Positions 57,193-64,000 of a stretch of DNA of 64,000 bases are shown here, in pieces. Under the pieces are notes generated by a model. That model was given only the letters and a program-made list of their open reading frames with translations. It did not search any database and had not been told where the DNA came from. Made by a program: the position numbers and the translations under genes. The stretch lies in assembly GCA_013343275.1 (NCBI GenBank), contig CP046106.1, positions 352,001-416,000 of the forward strand. Direction: 5' to 3'. Each line of letters opens with the position of its first letter. Position 1 is the first letter of the stretch. The stretch is from Candidatus Nanohaloarchaea archaeon (lineage in GTDB: Archaea > Nanohalarchaeota > Nanosalinia > Nanosalinales > Nanosalinaceae).

Positions 57193-59568
57193 CTATACTG
57201 CCTGGACCGTGCTTCCCTCTTTATCTTTCTGGACTTGGATGATGTTGTCAGCTTTTTCCCGGCCTATTCCGTGGTGTGTTATCAGCAGGATCTGGTTGAA
57301 CTGTTTGACTGCGTTCTGTATTTTTTCCAGCAAGTTTTCCCGGTTATCAGAGTCTGTTGCGTCAGTTGGTTCGTCGATCATGAGGAAGTCGGTGCCTGTC
57401 ATTTCTGCGAGCGCTAGCTGGTATGCGAGTGCTGTCAGTGTTCTCTGGCCTCCTCCCTGGTAGTCGCTGATAGAGTACTCGCGGTCCGCATTCTGTGGGA
57501 CTCCTTTCAGCCTGTAATCGTCTCTGTCGATAGCAAGATGACTGAACTCAGGTTCTACGGCCAGTTCCTGATACCATCTATAGACCTTTCTCTCCAGCTT
57601 ACGGATATTCTCCTCGCGCATTTTTGACTCGGCCAACGAGTACTTCTCAGAGGCCTCCTTCACCTCTTCAACTCTTTCCTGTAGTTGCTCCAGTCTCTCT
57701 ACTTCCTCCCGAACCTCTTCTACACGTTCCTTTATTTCTTCCAGTCTTTCCTGCTCCTCTTCTACAGCCCGAGCCTTCTCTCCCCGCCTTTTCTCCATCT
57801 CCTCGACCTTCGATTTTAGAGAGTTATACCTAGAGAGGGCCTTGTCCTTGGTTTCCTCCACATCTTCCAGCCTAACATCGATCTCGTCATACTCTATTTC
57901 CAAGCCTTCAATCCTCGACTCCAGTTCATCCAGTTTTTCTCTGCGGCCCTCCAGTTTCTGGTTCTTTTTCTCCAGTTCTTCTCTGTCGGACTCTACACCA
58001 GAGATCTCTTTCTCAAGGCTATTCCTACGTTCACGGAGCTCCTCTATTTTCTCCTCAATAGATTCAGCATCTCGTTTCTCGAGGCCTTCCTCAAGAAGCT
58101 GTTTGTCCTCTTCAAGGTCCTCCAGATTCTCTTCGAGTTCTTCGATCGTGTCAGAGAGTTCTTCCTTCTCATCTTCGGCCTCTTCAATCTGCTCCTCTAC
58201 TTCCTCAAGATCTTCTTTTTTGCTGGAAAGTTCCCCAAGTTTCTCTTCCTGATCCTCTTTCTTATCGATTTTTTCCTCGATCGCGGACAGCTCTTCTCTG
58301 ACGTCGTCAATCCGCTGATGGTATTGGTCCAGGTTTTCCACTTCTCGGCCGCAGACCTCGCATTCTCCCTTGTCATGTGTTTTCTCAAGGTCATCCAGTC
58401 GGGCCTTTTTCTCGCTCCGTTTCTCACGCAGCTCCTTCAGCTCCTCTTCAACTTCTTCCAGCGATTTATCAGTATCGTATTCATCTATCTCAGTCTGTAA
58501 CTCCTCTTTCTCATCTTCAAGATCTTCAATACGGGCCTCTACATCCTTCAGGCCCTCCGATTTCTCATCTATTTTCTCCTGCAGATTCTCTATCTTCAGT
58601 TCCTTTCTATCCAGTCTTTTGCGGACCTCCTCTATTTTCTCGGCCTCTTCCTCCACTGACTCGAATTTTTCATCTACCTGCTCCAGTTCCTCCTCGAGCT
58701 CGGCCTCCCTATCACCGATTTCGGCGTCATACTCTCGTCTGATCTCCTCTATATCTTCTTCCAGTGATTCTATGAACTCCTGCTGTTTCTCTATCTCGCG
58801 CTCTATCTTGGAGGCCTTTCTCAACTTCCTGTATTGTTCCTGTAGCTCATCTTTCTTCTCTACGGCCTCTTCAAGCTCCTCTCTTCTCTCTTCGAGTTCT
58901 TCTTCGAGTTCCTCCAGCGAGCCCTGTTTTTCTTCAAGCTCTTCCTCTGTATCTTCCTTCTGTTCTTCCAGTTCTTGTTCCCTCTCTTTTTTCTCTTCCA
59001 GGCCCTGGATCTCCTGTTCTTTACGGGATATGACTTCTGAGAGCGCATCTGACAGTATGTCGACTGTTTTGATGTCGAAGATGTAGTCCATGGCCTCCTG
59101 CTGTCTTCTTCCGCCCTCTACTTTCTCCACGAACTTCTGCTGGGCTGCGTAGTTGACGTGTTCTATCTTCTTTGAATCGAGGCCTGTGATCTGGAACACC
59201 TGTTTCCTGACGTCGTTGACTTTTGCACCACCGTCTTTCGATTCGAGAGTCTGTTCCTCGCCGTTACTTAGTAATCCTACCTCGTAATTCCCCCTACCGT
59301 TCTCTGAGTACTCCGAGACAACATAGTAGCTATCACCGCTAACAGAGAACTCAAGCCGGGCCTTCATACCAGTTTCAGAAAAATTAATGTATTCTTTCGG
59401 GCTTCGAAAGTTGAAGGCCTCTCCTGTCAATGCAAAGTATATTGCATAAAGGATTGAGGATTTTCCTGCATTGTTCGGGCCTTCTATCAGGTTCAGGCCT
59501 CCCGTAAAGTTTATCTCGGCGTCCTTCAGTTTTCTGAAGTTTTCGAGTTCCAGTTTCTCCAGTTTCAC
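57193..59568 (-). CDS. rad50: Rad50/SbcC ATPase
   Basis: LENFRK, GPNNAGKS, coiled coil with CEVC zinc hook, atypical signature YQGGGQ, IDEPT, ITHH. Confidence 0.9.
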   Translation of the reverse strand: MKLEKLELENFRKLKDAEINFTGGLNLIEGPNNAGKSSILYAIYFALTGEAFNFRSPKEYINFSETGMKARLEFSVSGDSYYVVSEYSENGRGNYEVGLLSNGEEQTLESKDGGAKVNDVRKQVFQITGLDSKKIEHVNYAAQQKFVEKVEGGRRQQEAMDYIFDIKTVDILSDALSEVISRKEQEIQGLEEKKEREQELEEQKEDTEEELEEKQGSLEELEEELEERREELEEAVEKKDELQEQYRKLRKASKIEREIEKQQEFIESLEEDIEEIRREYDAEIGDREAELEEELEQVDEKFESVEEEAEKIEEVRKRLDRKELKIENLQEKIDEKSEGLKDVEARIEDLEDEKEELQTEIDEYDTDKSLEEVEEELKELREKRSEKKARLDDLEKTHDKGECEVCGREVENLDQYHQRIDDVREELSAIEEKIDKKEDQEEKLGELSSKKEDLEEVEEQIEEAEDEKEELSDTIEELEENLEDLEEDKQLLEEGLEKRDAESIEEKIEELRERRNSLEKEISGVESDREELEKKNQKLEGRREKLDELESRIEGLEIEYDEIDVRLEDVEETKDKALSRYNSLKSKVEEMEKRRGEKARAVEEEQERLEEIKERVEEVREEVERLEQLQERVEEVKEASEKYSLAESKMREENIRKLERKVYRWYQELAVEPEFSHLAIDRDDYRLKGVPQNADREYSISDYQGGGQRTLTALAYQLALAEMTGTDFLMIDEPTDATDSDNRENLLEKIQNAVKQFNQILLITHHGIGREKADNIIQVQKDKEGSTVQAV

Positions 59569-60746
59569 TGCTCTTCACCGAATATTTTCCTGTCGACTTC
59601 TTTCCTAAGTTTCTGTCGGGCCTCTTTCTTCAGGTTGATTCCTGATGAAGTAAGGTTCTCGTCGTCGGCCAGCATCGACGATGCTTTCTCATGCAGCTCC
59701 CTGAACTCCTCACTGCTGCCATCCAGTTCTTTTTCCAGAAATTCTTCTACACTGAAGGCCTCTCCATCAACTGTATCTGCATATCCCTTCACTCTGAGAT
59801 CAAGCACTACTTCGGCCATCTCCACGTTTTCCAGTTCCGGAAGTCGGGCCTCGATTTCCTGCACCGGTATCTCTCCGGGCTCTTTCTCCGTCTCGCCTTT
59901 TACCATGACCTTGACGGCTATCCTGTTCCCTTCCAGCTGCTGGACTCTGCCAACCGTTGGTTCGACACGAGCCTCGTCTACAGGCACTCGAATCTTTTTC
60001 AGCTCCAGATTCTGCGGTATAGCACCAGTCTCTAGATGTTTTACTCCTTCAAACCCTGCCTCGATTATGTTGTAGTGGTTTCCGAACTCCGTGGAATTGA
60101 AGTCGTAATCTACTGTGCCTCCTGTGGCCGAGAATACTGTATTATTGATTTCTTTCCAAGTGTTGGGCTGGTGGTCATGGCCTATCGCCAAGTAGTCCAG
60201 ATTTTTAGATGCTATTTCATCTGCCTTGACGCAGTCATCGGAGTAAGTCCTTGTAACTCCTTCGACAAAGTCGTGCATCATCAGGATATTGGTGCCATCG
60301 TTCGGTGAGAATTCATCCAGTATTTCACGCGTCTTGCTGGAGTGGTATCCGAGGCCGTAGATATTGAGGCCTTCAAGCTGTACTGCTGGTTCTCCAAACT
60401 CTTCCGGAGAAGGATCGATAAGGTGTACGTATTCGCCTGTGAGGTGTTCTATTGCGAGGCCTTTGAGTTTTCTTCCGTGGCCGTAGCTGCGATCGTGGTT
60501 ACCCCGGATCATGTACATCGGGATTTCGGCGTCTTCCAGTTTCTCCAGTATTTCACGAGCCTGTTCAATTACCGTGTGCCACGGGTATACTGTGTCGAAC
60601 ACGTCTCCTGCGTGTATTATCAGATCTACATCTTTTTCGACTGCTTTTTCGATCAGGAAGTTGAAGGCCTGGAGGGTTGATTCTACGCGTTGTTCTGCGA
60701 TCTGGCCGGGCTGTTTTCGACCTAGATGTGTGTCGCCGAAATGCAT
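59565..60746 (-). CDS. mre11: Mre11/SbcD nuclease
   Basis: DTHLG, AGDVFD, GNHD, MHD, GHDH; overlaps rad50; true start may be upstream. Confidence 0.9.
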   Translation of the reverse strand: MHFGDTHLGRKQPGQIAEQRVESTLQAFNFLIEKAVEKDVDLIIHAGDVFDTVYPWHTVIEQAREILEKLEDAEIPMYMIRGNHDRSYGHGRKLKGLAIEHLTGEYVHLIDPSPEEFGEPAVQLEGLNIYGLGYHSSKTREILDEFSPNDGTNILMMHDFVEGVTRTYSDDCVKADEIASKNLDYLAIGHDHQPNTWKEINNTVFSATGGTVDYDFNSTEFGNHYNIIEAGFEGVKHLETGAIPQNLELKKIRVPVDEARVEPTVGRVQQLEGNRIAVKVMVKGETEKEPGEIPVQEIEARLPELENVEMAEVVLDLRVKGYADTVDGEAFSVEEFLEKELDGSSEEFRELHEKASSMLADDENLTSSGINLKKEARQKLRKEVDRKIFGEEQ

Positions 60747-60857
60747 TATACGGTAGTTTTCAGAAATCTCTTGCTCCCCTCCAACAAGTTAAGCGGGAGA
60801 AATATTTATCGGCCTTACCCCGGTCTTTTCAGTTTCGAGAAACAAATCTTTCAGTGT

Positions 60858-61394
60858 ATGGCGCTGGAGATAGACTGCGAAAGTATAGATGATATGATCA
60901 GTATCGAGCTGATAACAGGCCTGAACGCACTGGTTACGCAGAGTCCAGAGATTGAGGAAGAGGCCGAACTGGAGCATGTAAACGGTGTGCCTGTCGGCGA
61001 CATGGAAGCTTTCGAGGTCGCCCGTGATGAGGATTATCACCAGTTAAGGCCTTCGGGAGAAGGCTTTATCGAGAATATAATTGAGTTTACACTGCCGCAC
61101 AGCTGCTCGGAGAACAACGATGCAGTATATCTTTCCGCAGTTCTGATGAAGGAACTGGCTGAATCACAGGCTTTCGGAGAAGGAAATAAGAGAACAGCGT
61201 ATCTTTCCGGAGTCATGTTTCTTATCAAGGCACAGGCCCAGCAGGGTTTTTCAAAGGCTGTCTACCCCGATCTTACGAGAGATTTCCAGGAAATCCTTCA
61301 GGAAGTAGCTGTAAGAGAGAAAGACGAGGAAGACCTCTACAGGTATATTACGTCTCTTATTCATGATCCTATGGAGAATGTTAGAGCTCGATAG
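60858..61394 (+). CDS. Fic/Doc-family protein with His-to-Gln motif
   Basis: QAFGEGNKRTA; ATG 60858 preferred. Confidence 0.8.
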   Translation: MALEIDCESIDDMISIELITGLNALVTQSPEIEEEAELEHVNGVPVGDMEAFEVARDEDYHQLRPSGEGFIENIIEFTLPHSCSENNDAVYLSAVLMKELAESQAFGEGNKRTAYLSGVMFLIKAQAQQGFSKAVYPDLTRDFQEILQEVAVREKDEEDLYRYITSLIHDPMENVRAR

Positions 61395-61575
61395 TTGATA
61401 CGTTGTCTTCTTCACTAGAGGTAAATTTCCGGTAGGCCTTACGTAGCTTCCGGTAGAATAGCGACTCACGCATTCTCTGTGCTGGCTTCTCCTCCGCCAG
61501 TTCTCTAAGGCCTTCTCGGTTGCTGGATATTACTTTCTCGGCCCATTCTGTTTCTTTCTTTTTTTCGTCGCTCAT
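61381..61575 (-). CDS. Small protein, possible Doc antitoxin
   Basis: AEKVISSNREGLRELAE; TTTAAA about 25 nt upstream; convergent overlap with the Fic gene. Confidence 0.6.
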   Translation of the reverse strand: MSDEKKKETEWAEKVISSNREGLRELAEEKPAQRMRESLFYRKLRKAYRKFTSSEEDNVSTIEL

Positions 61576-61697
61576 ACATGTTAGAACCGGGTTTGAGATT
61601 TAAAATGTGCGTGGGTTGGTAAAGTAAAATGAAATATAGAATGTAAGAAAAAACTTGTTTATGGCGTTGTACGCGTCGAAGAAATCCTTAACAGGAT

Positions 61698-61892
61698 TTA
61701 AGCTTCTACTACGTTTGTTGCCTTTGGACCTCTGTCGCCTTCTTCCTGATCGAATTCGACTTCTACGTCTTCTTCGATAGAATCGCCTTCTTCAAGATCG
61801 CTGACGTGGAAGAAAAGATCGTCGTCCATGTCTTCTGTCTCGATGAATCCGTACTTCTTCTGATCGTGGAAGAACTTAACTGTACCTTTCAT
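61698..61892 (-). CDS. cspA: Cold-shock protein
   Basis: MKGTVKFF...KYGFI...LFFHVS...GPKATNV; GGAGGTG SD upstream. Confidence 0.93.
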   Translation of the reverse strand: MKGTVKFFHDQKKYGFIETEDMDDDLFFHVSDLEEGDSIEEDVEVEFDQEEGDRGPKATNVVEA

Positions 61893-62054
61893 ACTACAAA
61901 ACACCTCCTTATAACAGAACATTTGAGGGCAACCTTTATACAAGGAAGTGAAATTTCGGAGGCCTCAAAACTGCTTCAAGGAGCAGAATCCTCTACAGAT
62001 GCTGCAAGCCGATAAAAAACCGGATTCTATCAGTCCCTCATCTTGGGAGCGAAC

Positions 62055-62064
62055 TTTTATAAAA
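62055..62064. promoter_or_regulatory. Palindromic TATA element, possibly bidirectional
   Basis: TTTTATAAAA between two structured non-coding segments. Confidence 0.5.
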
Positions 62065-62084
62065 CCCAGATCACAAATAAGAGA

Positions 62085-62478
62085 TATGACTCACGGAGCC
62101 CATCACCAGGTTTCCAGTATTGCGACCTCTACTAGGGGCAATGTGAGCTTCTTTAATAAGTATATCTCCAAGCTGAATATCCTGTATTTTTGATACAGGA
62201 TTAGTAGGTTGGGAAATCCTGGCCTGGCTCACAACTCAGTGGGCCTCGGGCAAAAGGACTCAACCGAAACCATTAGGTCTCATCCCTTACAAGGAAAAAC
62301 TGCCTACAATACAATTACAAAAATACACAAAGACGCTTAGACGTTACGCTGCCATGAAGACAAGGCCTTAAAAGGCTTGGAGAAAATCAAAACCCGCACA
62401 GAATCTTGAAAAAGGTGATAACCTAGAACACTACGACTCCGACCACGTATAATCCTCTTGTCTTTTCTCTTTTTCTTC
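62085..62478 (+). ncRNA. Candidate structured ncRNA of unknown family (strand inferred)
   Basis: TATA upstream; nested stems GAGCC/GGCTC, CCAGG-TTTCC/GGAAA-CCTGG, ATTGC/GCAAT, AGCTT/AAGCT, ATCCTGTAT/ATACAGGAT; pyrimidine-rich end; no convincing ORF. Confidence 0.45.
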
Positions 62479-62521
62479 CGACCTTACCGTATAAAATTGG
62501 CCAGTCTTACAAACTACTTGT

Positions 62522-63529
62522 ATGGCAGGTCCTCTGTACTATCTTGCGCTCGCTACGGTTTCAACTGCAGTCATCTGGAAATCAAGCAATCTTCTGGAGG
62601 AAACCAGCGAAAAACTTGCAGCATACTACGGCCTTCCTGCAATAGTTCAGGGAGCTGTTATCGCAGCAGTAGGATCAAGCTTTCCAGAGCTCTCATCAAC
62701 AGTTATCTCGGTGCTTGTCCATGGAAACTTCGAACTGGGAGTAGGTGCGATAGTTGGCTCTGCTATATTCAACATACTGCTGATTCCAGCAATATCGGTG
62801 CTCGGCGATGGGAAAGTTCTGGACGCTAACAGAGATATAGTATACAAAGAGGCCCAGTTCTACATGCTCTCCATAGCTGTACTGTTACTGACATTCTCAA
62901 TGGCCGTCATCTACAACCCCCTACCGGGAGCACTGAAAGGAGAGGTTACCCGCTGGCTTGCAGTAATACCCGTACTGGTCTATGGCCTCTACATATTCAT
63001 ACAGTACGAAGACACGAAAGACGGAAGCATGGAGAGAGTTGAGAACATCTCCGAGATGAAACAGTGGGCCTTACTAGCTTTAAGCCTCGTATTTATTGTT
63101 GCAGGAGTGGAAGGGCTTGTTCGCAGCGCAGTAGAGTTCGGCAACATCTTCAACACTCCTTCATTCCTCTGGGGACTTACAATCGTTGCTGCAGGAACAA
63201 GCCTTCCAGACACTCTGGTAAGCTACAGAGCAGCGAAGAAAGACGAAGGTGTCACCAGTATGGCGAACGTACTCGGAAGTAACGTATTCGACCTGCTGAT
63301 CGCCATCCCAGCCGGTGTACTGCTTGCAGGCGCAACACCTATCAACTACGCAGTTGCAGTTCCAATGTTTGGATTCCTCACCTTCGCCACAATCGCATTA
63401 TTCACCACCCTAAGAACAGATCTAGAGCTTTATCGAAGAGAGGCCTACTTCCTGATACTGGTGTACGCGGTATTTATTGCCTGGATGATAGCCGAAACCT
63501 TCGGATACACCAACTTCATCCCTGTATAG
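62522..63529 (+). CDS. Na+/Ca2+ antiporter (CaCA/YrbG family)
   Basis: GSSFPE...GAIVGSAIFN and GTSLPD...NVLGSNVFD alpha repeats. Confidence 0.92.
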   Translation: MAGPLYYLALATVSTAVIWKSSNLLEETSEKLAAYYGLPAIVQGAVIAAVGSSFPELSSTVISVLVHGNFELGVGAIVGSAIFNILLIPAISVLGDGKVLDANRDIVYKEAQFYMLSIAVLLLTFSMAVIYNPLPGALKGEVTRWLAVIPVLVYGLYIFIQYEDTKDGSMERVENISEMKQWALLALSLVFIVAGVEGLVRSAVEFGNIFNTPSFLWGLTIVAAGTSLPDTLVSYRAAKKDEGVTSMANVLGSNVFDLLIAIPAGVLLAGATPINYAVAVPMFGFLTFATIALFTTLRTDLELYRREAYFLILVYAVFIAWMIAETFGYTNFIPV

Positions 63530-63576
63530 GCTGAAGTGCCAGCGATTTGTTAAAAATCGATGACTAACTAAGGAGT

Positions 63577-63948
63577 ATGTCTGATGTAAGTTTCAGTACA
63601 GCGCTTACCACCGAGCTGAGAACAAGACTGGACGGAAACTTCGAGGTTATACCCGAGTACGAATCAGCTTCCAGCAGTCTGGACAGGGTTCACGACCTGG
63701 TGATTCTGGAGGAAGGCCAGATAAGGTTGATCTTCGAACTCGAGGGCGGAACAGACGGATTTGAGGATGCAAAGCAGGAGTTAAGAAAATTCTACGAGAA
63801 AGAGTCTGGTGACGAAGTGTTTTTACTTGCGGTGTGCAGTAAAGAGGAACTACTGGTGTTCGATGCCGAAAACGAGATCTATTCACAGCAGTATACTGAT
63901 GACCCAGTGGAGAAGATAGCTGAGGATGTAGTCGATCTGCTTGAATAG
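63577..63948 (+). CDS. Hypothetical protein, possibly a degenerate restriction-endonuclease fold
   Basis: PEY...HDLVI...IFELE...AKQEL; AGGAG SD. Confidence 0.55.
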   Translation: MSDVSFSTALTTELRTRLDGNFEVIPEYESASSSLDRVHDLVILEEGQIRLIFELEGGTDGFEDAKQELRKFYEKESGDEVFLLAVCSKEELLVFDAENEIYSQQYTDDPVEKIAEDVVDLLE

Positions 63949-64000
63949 AGAACAGTTCGAAAAACCTTTTTCCAATCCCGACAACAAACATACAATATGA

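Noticed and set aside
57842-59086. Long Ser-rich plus-strand ORFs (and many similar short ORFs across the window)
   Set aside because: Antisense shadows of Glu-rich or hydrophobic real genes such as rad50; no motifs of their own
62085-62478. Assignment as SRP RNA or RNase P RNA
   Set aside because: No CAGG-GNRA-AGCA helix 8 and no GAGGAAAGUCC / ACAGAA...GGCUUA pair found on either strand
1-64000. AGGCCT as a Chi site for the AddAB-like enzyme
   Set aside because: Known Chi sites are asymmetric and strand-polarised; a palindrome fits a HIP or methylation model better. Not excluded experimentally
1-64000. CRISPR arrays, IS elements, integrases
   Set aside because: No regularly spaced repeats, terminal inverted repeats or recombinase motifs seen

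Overview
Archaeal chromosome segment. The acidic proteome, about 45% GC, class I LysRS, mostly leaderless genes with TATA boxes about 25 nt upstream, and an unlinked 5S rRNA point to a halophilic DPANN nanohaloarchaeon (inference from the sequence only). Contents: an AddAB-like helicase-nuclease pair, uppS, a MacB-type ABC system, lysS, membrane proteases, a histone-fold/coiled-coil protein, two tRNA-Ala genes (one with an 86-nt intron), a 15-kb copper/thiol-redox region (33.4-48.6 kb) ending in a P1B-3 Cu-ATPase, a divergent PEP-synthase-like dikinase / PPP-like phosphatase pair, 5S rRNA, a GT2 glycosyltransferase, mre11-rad50, a Doc-like gene, cspA and a Na/Ca antiporter. Best leads: (1) the palindrome AGGCCT is roughly 9-fold over-represented in the backbone (hand count) but almost absent from 36.2-48.6 kb, marking a recently acquired island; (2) a TATCA-N5-TGATA operator recurs at six promoters, shared by native and island genes and by two Cys-tailed PadR paralogs; (3) an operon encodes C2H2-finger/TM/cupredoxin and DsbA-cupredoxin fusions; (4) an unannotated structured RNA candidate of about 390 nt sits next to cspA; (5) the orphan dikinase/phosphatase pair. 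No CRISPR array, transposase or integrase was seen. All calls come from reading motifs by eye; no database searches were run.
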